From positions 23,317-87,316 of the IMG/VR virus record IMGVR_UViG_3300020047_004811: a stretch of DNA of 64,000 nucleotides. One strand, 5' to 3'. Positions 17,694 to 26,565 of the stretch are shown here, piece by piece. Source of the stretch: a virus (taxonomy: Duplodnaviria > Caudoviricetes). The translations under genes and the position numbers were made by a program. Position 1 is the first letter of the stretch. The number at the start of each line of letters is the position of its first letter. The notes under the pieces were generated by a model. That model was not told the origin of the DNA. It saw nothing but the letters and a program-made list of their open reading frames with translations, and searched no databases.

Positions 17694-18450
17694 TTTTATA
17701 GTATATAAGGTTACTTCTCCAAGTGGTGGAATTTACATAGGAATTACATCTCAAGGATTAGAAAAAAGAAAACAAGATCATTTTTATGAGGCAAAAACTC
17801 ATAAAACAAACAGAAAATTCCATAATGCTTTAAATAAGTATAAAGATAAATTAATCTGGGAAATAATCAAAACTCAATTAAGTAAAAAATTAGCTCAAAA
17901 ATATGAAGAGTACTATATAAAAAAATATAACACTCAAAAATTGGGCTATAATATTACATCAGGAGGAGAATGTAATTTAGGTAGAGTAATGACTGAAGAA
18001 CAAAAATCAGTTTTATCTAGAATATCTAAAAAACAATTTAAAGATCGCCCAGAACTAAGAAAAAATATGTCTGATATTCAAAAGAAAAGACTTTCTGATC
18101 CGAATGAGAATAAAAAGCATAGACAATTGATGAAAAAGACTCATGGAACCAAGGAAGCTCGACTTAGAAATTCTAGAATTCAAGGAGGAAAACCATTCAA
18201 TGTCTATAATTTTATAACTAAAGAATTTGTCAAAACATATGAAATTATAACTGACGCTAATAATGAACTAGGTCTTCCAAATGGAAAAGTTTCATGGTGT
18301 CTATCAGGAAAGAGAAATCATTGTAAAACTTATATATTCAAATATATTGACGACCCAACAGTTGACGGTATAAAATACAATCATATCTGGGATAAAAAAA
18401 TAAAGAGGATGCCAAATGGGACTAACAGAAAAAAAGAAAGAAAAGCTTAA
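17671..18450 (+). CDS. GIY-YIG homing endonuclease (NUMOD3/NUMOD1-like tail)
   Basis: IVY..TSPSGGIYIGIT, E..YIKKYNT..LGYNITSGG; AT-rich; overlaps both polB halves; GAGG SD before ATG 17671. Confidence 0.9.
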   Translation: MSCSKLNSFIVYKVTSPSGGIYIGITSQGLEKRKQDHFYEAKTHKTNRKFHNALNKYKDKLIWEIIKTQLSKKLAQKYEEYYIKKYNTQKLGYNITSGGECNLGRVMTEEQKSVLSRISKKQFKDRPELRKNMSDIQKKRLSDPNENKKHRQLMKKTHGTKEARLRNSRIQGGKPFNVYNFITKEFVKTYEIITDANNELGLPNGKVSWCLSGKRNHCKTYIFKYIDDPTVDGIKYNHIWDKKIKRMPNGTNRKKERKA

Positions 18451-18823
18451 AGAATTATATGAGACATATGTTAATGAAATTATGACTTTGCAAGATATCA
18501 AACCATGGTGTACAAGAAAAACATTATCTAGTACTATGCAGGAATCGGATCGAACTAATGAAACTAAAGTGATGACAGCACTAGAGGGTTCTGACTATAG
18601 AGAAGGTGACAGATTTTACACTTACTACAAAGAAGACGACTCTATAGGATTAGCTGAAAACTTCAATCACGACCACAATAGAATGAGATTACTAAAGAAT
18701 CTATACGACAGCAGTGCTATTTTTTCAACTGTAATCCCATCTAAAGAACTATTCCCAAACTATAGTTTAAAAAAGAACTATAAGATTCTTCTTGACAAAT
18801 ACTCCCCATCTCCTGTAAGTTAA
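18416..18823 (+). CDS. family B DNA polymerase, C-terminal (thumb) part
   Basis: Continues the polB pattern (YETYVNEI..IKPWCTRKT..TNETKV..GDRFYTYY..LLKNLY); own AGAGG SD. Confidence 0.7.
   Translation: MGLTEKKKEKLKELYETYVNEIMTLQDIKPWCTRKTLSSTMQESDRTNETKVMTALEGSDYREGDRFYTYYKEDDSIGLAENFNHDHNRMRLLKNLYDSSAIFSTVIPSKELFPNYSLKKNYKILLDKYSPSPVS
18792..18821 (+). promoter_or_regulatory. sigma70-type early promoter
   Basis: TTGACA (18792-97), 18 nt spacer, TAAGTT (18816-21). Confidence 0.55.
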
Positions 18824-18827
18824 TCTT

Positions 18828-18891
18828 AGCCGGGGGGTAAGTCGGAAATCCCAGCAAGTGCACTGTATGGCTTTCGGTCTCCCGGCTCCCT
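18828..18891 (+). ncRNA. candidate small structured RNA (motif copy B)
   Basis: Closing stem AGCCGGGGG/CTCCCGGCT; shares GTAAGTCGG-N7-AGCAAGT..ACTGTA..CTCCCGG with 1037-1080. Confidence 0.55.
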
Positions 18892-18902
18892 ATAAGGATT
18901 AT

Positions 18903-19058
18903 ATGCAAGAAAAACTATATTACACGATCTGCGGCTGTCTTCTAAGTTTAGCAAACATAGCTCTAATCGAGACTAGGTTTAATATAGTAGGCTTGGGATT
19001 TGGTATTCTCGGGGCTATTCTTATTATCAAAGCCATATTAATCCGACCTAAAAAATAA
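18903..19058 (+). CDS. small two-TM membrane protein
   Basis: AAGGA SD before ATG 18903; two hydrophobic helices. Confidence 0.55.
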   Translation: MQEKLYYTICGCLLSLANIALIETRFNIVGLGFGILGAILIIKAILIRPKK

Positions 19059-19368
19059 TATGAGTGATAAATATTTAAATCGTAAAAAGAAAATATTTGG
19101 AAGCAAAGGTTTTTGTTGTGAAATGGATTCTGGGCCTTATAATAAATACGTAAAGAATAATAAAGGTAATAAACGACTTAGGCGACTTTTAAAACATTTA
19201 AATAGAATTGAACTAAAAGATCATGAAGATTAAAGAAGACTTTCAACAAATGACAGCATATGAACGACGAAAGTTACAAGTAGACTTTCTGCGATTTATA
19301 GCAACGCTAGGGGCTCCATTTATGATTATCCTACTCGGACATCTAGCTAAAACAATCTTGGGGTGGTA

Positions 19369-19635
19369 ATGAAGTATCTGCTAATTTTTTTTCTTTCTTT
19401 TTCAGTTCAAGCTCAAAATCTTGGAGACATTGATCCGGACTACGACACAACCAAATACGATTACATGTATAAGAATAATAACGAAACTTATATCTGTGAA
19501 ACTCTAACTAGAACTATGCACGGCGGCTACCTATTAATTGATTGTGAGCACACATTAAGTAGAAATAAAGTTCCTGAGATGATCCCAGATCACGACTCTA
19601 TACTCACTCTAGTTCCAGATAATACAAAAGGTTAA
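19369..19635 (+). CDS. putative secreted protein
   Basis: MKYLLIFFLSFSVQA signal peptide. Confidence 0.6.
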   Translation: MKYLLIFFLSFSVQAQNLGDIDPDYDTTKYDYMYKNNNETYICETLTRTMHGGYLLIDCEHTLSRNKVPEMIPDHDSILTLVPDNTKG

Positions 19636-19637
19636 TC

Positions 19638-20621
19638 ATGGGTAAGCTTCGTCTCAAATCTAAAACTAAGCTCGCTGAAATGCCTCTTGACGCCGATCTT
19701 GGGGAATCCGATTTCTCAGCCCTTACAAATGATGGTGTATTTTGCCAGTTTGAATATATCGAAGACGAGGAAGAAATCGTCGGAGAAACTGCTCGCCCGG
19801 GTATATTCAGCATTGTCAAAACTATGTCAGGACTTGCGTTAGAAAAGACGTCTTTCACCGCCGACGATGTTCTTAAAGATTTTGTAAACACTAAAGAAGT
19901 TACAGATAAGATTGAACGATTCTTCAAAGCTATCCCTAAATATGAGAAATATGGTATATTCCCAAAGCGTGGAGCCCTTTTGTTCGGACCAGCAGGAACA
20001 GGCAAGACAACTATTATAGCCGAAACCTGTCGAAAACATCAAGCAGACGGAGACACGTTTACCCTACTCTGGCATACAGATAAGATTGAAGCCGGGGATG
20101 TAAAAGACTTTATCAAGCATCTTCAGTATGAAGGCGTAAATAAAATGATCCTAGTTGCAGAAGATATCGGAGGAATTGAAATTGACCAAGCCAAAATTCG
20201 ATCTGAGTCGGCGTTACTCAGTCTACTCGACAACCAAGAACAAACCTTCAAGATTCCTACCTACATCCTTTCAACTACAAATTACCCAGAAAACTTCATG
20301 GGAAATCTAACGAATCGTCCTAATCGGTTTGATGACAAAATTAGGGTTGGATATCCCAAAGGCTCTGCTAGACAAGAACTCCTAAAGTTCTACGATAAAG
20401 AGAATTTAGTTGACGAAGCTGCTCTTACTCTGGTAGGATCAAAAAAGTGCGACGAGTTTAGTCCAGCCCACTTACGGGAAGTGATTATCCGAAGTGCAAT
20501 ATACGATCAAAAACCATCGGAAACGATCCGGGCTATGATTAAAGAGATTGAGGAATATTCCAGAGCCTTTGCTGAGAAGGGAAATCAACGCGGCGGGCTT
20601 GTACAATTTGAGGATGATTAA
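19638..20621 (+). CDS. AAA+ ATPase
   Basis: Walker A GPAGTGKT, Walker B ILVAED, TTNYPE, RPNRFD arginine-finger region. Confidence 0.9.
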   Translation: MGKLRLKSKTKLAEMPLDADLGESDFSALTNDGVFCQFEYIEDEEEIVGETARPGIFSIVKTMSGLALEKTSFTADDVLKDFVNTKEVTDKIERFFKAIPKYEKYGIFPKRGALLFGPAGTGKTTIIAETCRKHQADGDTFTLLWHTDKIEAGDVKDFIKHLQYEGVNKMILVAEDIGGIEIDQAKIRSESALLSLLDNQEQTFKIPTYILSTTNYPENFMGNLTNRPNRFDDKIRVGYPKGSARQELLKFYDKENLVDEAALTLVGSKKCDEFSPAHLREVIIRSAIYDQKPSETIRAMIKEIEEYSRAFAEKGNQRGGLVQFEDD

Positions 20622-20849
20622 ATGAAAAGAAGTGAAGCTTTTATTGCACTTGAAAAAATGATAGATGACGCGCGAAATACTGAAGAAACATCAAGACAGA
20701 TAGCAATTGATCTCATTGGCAAACTCGAAGAACTTGGAATGCAGCCACCGGCTATAAAAGAACCTTGTGAGACATTTGTCCTACATCAAGGTAGATATGT
20801 CAAAACTGAAGATAGCTTTATGTTTACACATAAATGGGATGAAGAATGA
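20622..20849 (+). CDS. hypothetical protein (paralogue of next gene)
   Basis: MKRSE...LEELGMQPP...WDEE. Confidence 0.7.
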   Translation: MKRSEAFIALEKMIDDARNTEETSRQIAIDLIGKLEELGMQPPAIKEPCETFVLHQGRYVKTEDSFMFTHKWDEE

Positions 20850-21058
20850 CGCGTAGCGAAATGCTTTATATATTATCAAATTCTGTATACAAAAACGTCG
20901 TTGGAGATAGCCACGATTTTGATACGGTTTTGCATGATTTAGAAAAAGCTGGAATGCTTCCTCCTCGCAAACCAAACGGATGCTGTTTTGAAATGATTTC
21001 AGAAGACTATGAATGGGAGCCGGAAGATGTCGCTTCTGAAGAAGGCTCCAATGAGTAA
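20846..21058 (+). CDS. hypothetical protein (paralogue of previous gene)
   Basis: MTRSE...LEKAGMLPP...WEPE. Confidence 0.7.
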   Translation: MTRSEMLYILSNSVYKNVVGDSHDFDTVLHDLEKAGMLPPRKPNGCCFEMISEDYEWEPEDVASEEGSNE

Positions 21059-21305
21059 CGTCCGGAGTATGGTCAGCCGACGTAAAATTAAGGCCTTAGA
21101 TAAAGACATCGCAGAACTTACAGAAGTAACAACTATACTTAAGACGGCCATGCAAGGCCTGAGTAAATATAATCACTATAGTAATATTAGGAACCGAGTT
21201 AACGATATGTTTGTTTTCTATAATGAAATCAAAATGAACAAAAACAAGAAACTCGAAATTTTAGAAAGGCTAAAGAATGAGCAGAATCAAGAAATGGACG
21301 ACTGA
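21051..21305 (+). CDS. coiled-coil hypothetical protein
   Basis: GAAGG SD before ATG 21051. Confidence 0.55.
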   Translation: MSNVRSMVSRRKIKALDKDIAELTEVTTILKTAMQGLSKYNHYSNIRNRVNDMFVFYNEIKMNKNKKLEILERLKNEQNQEMDD

Positions 21306-22224
21306 GGATATCGAGCGCCTTACCTCCCTAAAAATGGACGGGAAGACTTGGGCGGAGATTGCCACAGCAATGGGGCTACAAAGTGCAAATATGGCCCGTA
21401 AAGCGTTTTATCGATACAATAGAGATGATGCTAAGCCTAGAGGTCAAAAGACTGCCCCTAAGATTCTAATTCTAGATATAGAAACAGCTCCAATGGAGGT
21501 ATTTGCTTGGGGCTTATTCGACCAAAACATCGGACTAGAGATGGTCAAACAGCATACTACAGTGTTGTCTTGGTCGGCAAAGTGGCGGGGTGATGATAAG
21601 GTTATGTACCGCGATCTCCGTAACTCTAAGGATGTCCGGGACGATAAAGAACTCGTTCGAGTTATCAGGGATTTATTAGACGACGCGGATATAATCCTAA
21701 CACAAAACGGTAAAAAATTTGATGTAAAGAAACTCAATTACCGAATGCTTGTCCACGGAATTAAACCTCCTAGCTCATACCAACACATAGATACTCTTCG
21801 TATTGCTAAAAGTAAGTTTGGCTTTGATTCAAACAAACTAGCGCACATGACGGAACTGTTATGTAAAAAACATAAAAAGCTTAGCCATAAAAAGTTTCCC
21901 GGCTTTGAACTCTGGAAAGCCTGCTTGTCAGATAATCCAGAAGCTTGGAAAGAAATGCAAGAATATAATCAAGTGGATGTGCTCTCCCTAGAAGAACTAT
22001 ACTTCGATCATTTTGCAGCTTGGGATAATAGCCTAAATTTTGTAGCTTGGTCCGACGACTATAAATTCCGTTGTAACTGTGGAAACGATAAGTTTAAACC
22101 TAGCGGATTCCATGTCACAAAACGATCTAAGTTCCAGAAACATACTTGTACAGTCTGTGGAAAAGAACATAGAGACTCAGAGAATTTGTTTAGCAAAGAA
22201 CGCAAAAAGGAACTCAAGGTATAA
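21277..22224 (+). CDS. RNase H-like 3'-5' exonuclease with N-terminal HTH and C-terminal Zn ribbon
   Basis: KWTTEDIERL..WAEIATAMG HTH; ILDIETAP, QNGKKFD, YNQVDV; CNCG..CTVCG. Confidence 0.8.
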   Translation: MSRIKKWTTEDIERLTSLKMDGKTWAEIATAMGLQSANMARKAFYRYNRDDAKPRGQKTAPKILILDIETAPMEVFAWGLFDQNIGLEMVKQHTTVLSWSAKWRGDDKVMYRDLRNSKDVRDDKELVRVIRDLLDDADIILTQNGKKFDVKKLNYRMLVHGIKPPSSYQHIDTLRIAKSKFGFDSNKLAHMTELLCKKHKKLSHKKFPGFELWKACLSDNPEAWKEMQEYNQVDVLSLEELYFDHFAAWDNSLNFVAWSDDYKFRCNCGNDKFKPSGFHVTKRSKFQKHTCTVCGKEHRDSENLFSKERKKELKV

Positions 22225-22227
22225 TTC

Positions 22228-22560
22228 ATGGTTGTTACATTAAATATCAAAGGTCGTGACTGGAGCTTTCATCTCCTTACCGACCGAAGATTTGACAAAC
22301 TACACAATGAAGACGGGGCAGTTAGGGCGGCGGTAACTATGCCTAACCAGTATACTGCCCATTTTAAAAAATCAGACTGGTGTATTAAGGACATCCGTCA
22401 TGAGCTTGGACATGTTTTATATTCTATGACCTTAACGAGCACGAGTGACTTGACTCCAGATCAAGTAGAAGAAACTATGTGTGAAATTATAGCTGAGCAC
22501 TCCCCAGAAATTATACTATGGGCAGACATGATCGCAGAAAAATTCTTCGGGAGAGAGTGA
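22228..22560 (+). CDS. putative small zincin metallopeptidase
   Basis: RHELGH (HExxH) with a downstream EE. Confidence 0.6.
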   Translation: MVVTLNIKGRDWSFHLLTDRRFDKLHNEDGAVRAAVTMPNQYTAHFKKSDWCIKDIRHELGHVLYSMTLTSTSDLTPDQVEETMCEIIAEHSPEIILWADMIAEKFFGRE

Positions 22561-22646
22561 TGGAACCATGGCAAATAGTCCTGTATATTGTTGGAGTCTT
22601 AGTTGTAGTTGGAATGATCGTGGAATATCTTTTTTCAGAATAATGC

Positions 22647-22673
22647 TTGACAAATTCACAGTTTTAGTATAAT
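22647..22673 (+). promoter_or_regulatory. possible sigma70 promoter
   Basis: TTGACA and TATAAT, but the spacer is only 15 nt. Confidence 0.4.
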
Positions 22674-22694
22674 ATGTTTTCTATAGGAGAATCG

Positions 22695-23465
22695 ATGACG
22701 ATAATTGCTCTGTCGGGTAAAGCTGGATGCGGAAAAGACACGTTCTCAGATGTATTAGTGGGTAGATATGGTTTCACTAAAGTTTCAATTGCTGACCCTC
22801 TCCGTAATTTGTGCGCTCGCGTCTTTCATGTTGATCCAACAATTTTTGTGGACAGAGATAAGAAAGATGCAGACATGCAAAGAATCTACCTCGATTTTCA
22901 CGACATTGACACAATTCGCTACATTGTAGAATCTGAATGGGGCTATGAAATTAAAGAAGACGCTAGGAATGCAATGGAAGAATTCCATGGAACCGAGCTT
23001 AATACTCCACGGGACATACTCAGATGTGTAGGGAACATGCTAAGAGAAGCTGTATATGAAAACATATGGATCGAATTGGCAGCCGCGAAGATTAAAGAAT
23101 CTAAAGGTCGAATCGTAATCACAGACTGTAGGTTTGGTAATGAGCGAGACTTTTTTGGAAAGCTAGGGGCTATTCTAATCAGAATTAAGCGGAATGACAA
23201 TGGTGAGACTGCAGAGCATGAATTTAACTTAGGGGACGACGATGAATACGACGTTATCTTCACAAACGATTCCACTCTCCATGCATATAAATCATCAATT
23301 GACATGTGGTTTAGCACAAAGGAAGCCGAGTTCGCTTACTATAAAGTTTGGAAATATGATGCTACAACTATCAGTGCAAATGTTTCCCTAACGTCAGAAA
23401 TGCTAGATGAGGCTGGAGCTTTAGCCTATAATAGTTTCGGGAATACATATAAAGGAAAACTATGA
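22695..23465 (+). CDS. deoxynucleoside monophosphate kinase
   Basis: IIALSGKAGCGKDT P-loop, IADPLR, PRDILR, ITDCRF.NE; AGGAG SD before ATG 22695. Confidence 0.85.
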   Translation: MTIIALSGKAGCGKDTFSDVLVGRYGFTKVSIADPLRNLCARVFHVDPTIFVDRDKKDADMQRIYLDFHDIDTIRYIVESEWGYEIKEDARNAMEEFHGTELNTPRDILRCVGNMLREAVYENIWIELAAAKIKESKGRIVITDCRFGNERDFFGKLGAILIRIKRNDNGETAEHEFNLGDDDEYDVIFTNDSTLHAYKSSIDMWFSTKEAEFAYYKVWKYDATTISANVSLTSEMLDEAGALAYNSFGNTYKGKL

Positions 23466-23738
23466 GTAAAACATATTATGAGATTCATGCAGACGGCGTG
23501 AAAGAAATTAGTCAAGAAGAAATGGATAAACTTATAGCTATGGGAGCAGACCTGATGGTTAATGATTGTCCGTTTTGTCCTATAGATAATCCTTGTAATC
23601 AACCACATTGTCCTTATACGAAAGAGAAAAAATAATGGCTGCGCTACTCCTACATCTAAAAGTCTCCCCACTAATAGCACTATCTCTAGGATTTACAGTA
23701 GACCTACTCATTGGCTATACCATTGCAATGTCACTAAA

Positions 23739-23781
23739 GAATATCCTATAATTTAACAACTTCTAGTATAGAAGGATATTC
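23739..23781 (+). promoter_or_regulatory. TTAACAACT motif in the loop of an RBS-sequestering hairpin
   Basis: GAATATCCT (23739-47) pairs with AGGATATTC (23773-81); motif at 23753-61. Confidence 0.7.
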
Positions 23782-23782
23782 A

Positions 23783-24367
23783 ATGAAGAGAAAGACTGAC
23801 AGTTTTGATATTTCCAAGGCAATTAGACACGAATCCTACACCAGCCCATCTGGCAATAAGCAAAAAGTTTATATATTCAATTGTTTAGACTGCAAGTGTG
23901 AATTTGGTAAAACTGCATACTATGCCAAAAATTGCACAGGGTACTGTAAGTTTTGCGCACCAAAATACACTCACAGTAAGGAAGTTATAGATTTTGAAGA
24001 AAAAGAATGTAATAAATGTAATTTTATTAAGAAAAAAGAAGAGTTTTCATTCACAGCAACTAAAAAACATAAAAAACAAACCTGTATACAATGTATTAAT
24101 TTGCTTTCTAACTTTGGAATTACAAGTAAAGAATATACCGAAATGTTAGAATCTCAAAACGGAAAATGTGCAATTTGTAATAATCCTGAATCGCACACCC
24201 ACCAAAACGGAAAAATTTCAAATTTAGCGGTAGATCATTGTCATAAAACCGGCAAAATTAGAGGATTACTTTGCTCTAATTGTAATATAGGTCTAGGAAA
24301 TTTAAAAGATGACAAAAAAATACTAATTTCCGCAATTAATTATTTGGAGAAAAATAATGAAAGTTAA
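23783..24367 (+). CDS. endonuclease VII-like (His-Me finger) homing endonuclease
   Basis: QNGKCAIC...LAVDHCHKTGKIRGLLCSNCNIGLG; AT-rich. Confidence 0.9.
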   Translation: MKRKTDSFDISKAIRHESYTSPSGNKQKVYIFNCLDCKCEFGKTAYYAKNCTGYCKFCAPKYTHSKEVIDFEEKECNKCNFIKKKEEFSFTATKKHKKQTCIQCINLLSNFGITSKEYTEMLESQNGKCAICNNPESHTHQNGKISNLAVDHCHKTGKIRGLLCSNCNIGLGNLKDDKKILISAINYLEKNNES

Positions 24368-24782
24368 GATTAAAAAACTAAGCGAGAACTCTGTAATCCC
24401 CAAATATCAAACCGCCGGAGCAGCAGGCTTTGATTTTCACGCTATCGAAAAAGTATTTCTTATGCCTGGAGACTCAGCTATGGTAGGCACAGGACTCTCT
24501 GTAGAGCTTCCTGCAGGCTTTGAGCTACAGATTCGACCTAGATCAGGAATGTCTGCTAAAACCAAGATTAGAGTTAGTAATTCGCCGGGAACAATTGACG
24601 AAGATTTCAGAGGAGAAATAAAGATTTTACTTGACAACACGGGAGTTACTCCTTATACTGTCAATATTGGAGATAGAATTGCTCAAGGTGTATTGTCTCA
24701 AGTTCCTAGGGCAGAGTTTGTAGAAGGTGAGCTGACAGATACAGAGCGAGGTGCCGGTGGATTCGGATCAAGCGGAAGATAA
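24357..24782 (+). CDS. dut: trimeric dUTPase
   Basis: AGFDF, RPRSG, GTIDEDFRGEI, RIAQG, ERGAGGFGSSG motifs. Confidence 0.97.
   Translation: MKVKIKKLSENSVIPKYQTAGAAGFDFHAIEKVFLMPGDSAMVGTGLSVELPAGFELQIRPRSGMSAKTKIRVSNSPGTIDEDFRGEIKILLDNTGVTPYTVNIGDRIAQGVLSQVPRAEFVEGELTDTERGAGGFGSSGR
24631..24659 (+). promoter_or_regulatory. internal sigma70-type promoter
   Basis: TTGACA, 17 nt spacer, TATACT inside dut. Confidence 0.55.
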
Positions 24783-24898
24783 ATGTGTAAACTATGCTAC
24801 ATATAAAATATATTGTAGTGGTTGCAAAAATTGTATGCCGGATTTATATAAAAACCTAGAAAATCTTATTCTATATGGTACTAAGCTAAAGGAAATAA

Positions 24899-25165
24899 AT
24901 GGCGCGACCGAGCGACAAGGAGTACAAGCTTCTTCAAAAGGTAAAAGACTTAGAACAACAAGTCGAAAAGTTAAACAAAGAAAACGCACAACTAGAAAAG
25001 AGATTAAACAAGGAACCTAAGATAGAGAAAACAAAAGTCGTAAAACATCAGGGAGGCTGTCCATCGTGTCAAGCTCCGATTAAAGTTACTGACTTGCCGT
25101 TTGGAAAGCTTAGGATTTGTTCAGCGGCCTGTGGGTGGAAAATCGTAGATAAGGATAAAGTATGA
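24899..25165 (+). CDS. coiled-coil plus Zn-ribbon protein
   Basis: Heptad region then CPSC...CSAAC. Confidence 0.65.
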   Translation: MARPSDKEYKLLQKVKDLEQQVEKLNKENAQLEKRLNKEPKIEKTKVVKHQGGCPSCQAPIKVTDLPFGKLRICSAACGWKIVDKDKV

Positions 25166-25380
25166 CACTAATTAAATTAACAAGTATCAAAGATAGAAAA
25201 CTACTTATTGATATTAGAAGTATTGATTCTATACAAGACAACAAAGATTGTAGAGAAATAACACTACGCACAGCAACAAGTAGTCATTCATATTACGTAA
25301 AAGAAACAATCGACGAGATCGAAGCAATCCAAGCAGACCTTAGGTCTTTGAGATGCTTTCATTTCTCGCTTTTAGGATAA
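25162..25380 (+). CDS. hypothetical protein
   Basis: Packed ORF with ATGA overlap. Confidence 0.6.
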   Translation: MTLIKLTSIKDRKLLIDIRSIDSIQDNKDCREITLRTATSSHSYYVKETIDEIEAIQADLRSLRCFHFSLLG

Positions 25381-25383
25381 ACA

Positions 25384-25593
25384 ATGATAAGTGATAATGA
25401 AACAATTGAAGATCACAACGAAGGTTGGAAGATAAGACGATCGCATCTAATCGACGAGCAGTATATCTATGAATTCTGGCATAAACCACTAGATAAAGTA
25501 CTACCTTTTGGTAGATATGTAAAGTATGTTCAAGAGGGTGATGATATTATAGTAATAGAAGATGGACCTTATCTGGGGGATAGAAATGATTAA
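25384..25593 (+). CDS. hypothetical protein
   Basis: AGGA SD. Confidence 0.55.
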   Translation: MISDNETIEDHNEGWKIRRSHLIDEQYIYEFWHKPLDKVLPFGRYVKYVQEGDDIIVIEDGPYLGDRND

Positions 25594-25783
25594 ATATTTT
25601 TTGACGATGTTCAGTGTAATAACAATAGTTTATTTAATAATTAGTGGGATTGGAACATTAACTAAACCGTTTATGGAATGGACTTTTCAATTTCCAACCA
25701 TGATTGGTTGTTTTGTATGGTTATCTCCATTTATTATATTGATTTCATTAATACTAGCATATGTATTGAAAAAGAATGAATAA
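25586..25783 (+). CDS. small two-TM membrane protein
   Basis: GGGGA SD; two hydrophobic helices. Confidence 0.55.
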   Translation: MIKYFLTMFSVITIVYLIISGIGTLTKPFMEWTFQFPTMIGCFVWLSPFIILISLILAYVLKKNE

Positions 25784-26214
25784 TGGAATTTGACGAAAAT
25801 AAATCTGGCCGGGTAGTTGTAAAGAAAGCCCGGGGTAAACAAAATTTAAATACATTTATCAAAGGCCTATTGAGGCGTGGTACATTCCATTGGCGAGCCA
25901 GAACTGAAGCAATGACTGCAGCTAGGGTTGAAAGAGGTCGTTACAAGTGTGCAACCTGTGGAGATTTGTTCGGACCTAAAGAAGTGGCACTAGATCATAC
26001 TCTTCCAGTAGTTGATCCCAAGGTTGGATTCACAACTTGGGATGATTATATTAATCGTCTATTTTGTCCGGCTGAGGGATTTCAAGTATTGTGCCATGGA
26101 TGCCACGATAACAAGACTCTAATCGAGGATGCCATGCGAGAACATTACAAGACAAAACCTGAGGGTATGCCAGATTTAACTGAAGATAAGAAATATACAA
26201 AGAATAAAAAATGA
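25783..26214 (+). CDS. HNH nuclease
   Basis: YKCATC...ALDHTLPVVD...FQVLCHGCHDNKT. Confidence 0.85.
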   Translation: MEFDENKSGRVVVKKARGKQNLNTFIKGLLRRGTFHWRARTEAMTAARVERGRYKCATCGDLFGPKEVALDHTLPVVDPKVGFTTWDDYINRLFCPAEGFQVLCHGCHDNKTLIEDAMREHYKTKPEGMPDLTEDKKYTKNKK

Positions 26215-26549
26215 ATATAAAATCACTACATGATATTTTTGATTTAAAATTTCAAGATAAATATATTGATGTTGTATTGACTAATGAACCTAGATTAAGT
26301 TTTTGCGATGCTAAGGATATTTTAAAAGTAGCCGGAGTCGATTTTCATACAAAAGAAAGCGAATTGGGTATATACGTAAAAGATCGACATGGCATAACAA
26401 CTAATACTATTTTTATAGATGGTTCGAATCCTGAACGATTTAGAGGAATGACTATTAGAAAACTTTACGTTGATATAAATTTAAAGAATCTAAAAGATGT
26501 AAAAACACAATTATATCCAATTGCTAAATATATTATAGAAAAAGATTGA
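26211..26549 (+). CDS. hypothetical protein
   Basis: AT-rich packed ORF. Confidence 0.55.
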   Translation: MNIKSLHDIFDLKFQDKYIDVVLTNEPRLSFCDAKDILKVAGVDFHTKESELGIYVKDRHGITTNTIFIDGSNPERFRGMTIRKLYVDINLKNLKDVKTQLYPIAKYIIEKD

Positions 26550-26565
26550 CAAATAGGAGTAACTT

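Noticed and set aside
17693-18416. Group I intron or intein in polB
   Set aside because: The interval is entirely GIY-YIG coding and overlaps both halves; no P/Q/R/S core or intein splice residues seen; the halves are separate ORFs with their own SD
18828-18891. Cobalamin riboswitch, group II intron domain V or RNase P RNA
   Set aside because: Only short words match (AAATCC, ACTGTA, AGCCG); size and required helices do not fit
26441-26452. tRNA T-loop GGTTCGAATCC
   Set aside because: Lies inside a coding ORF (GSNP) with no cloverleaf context
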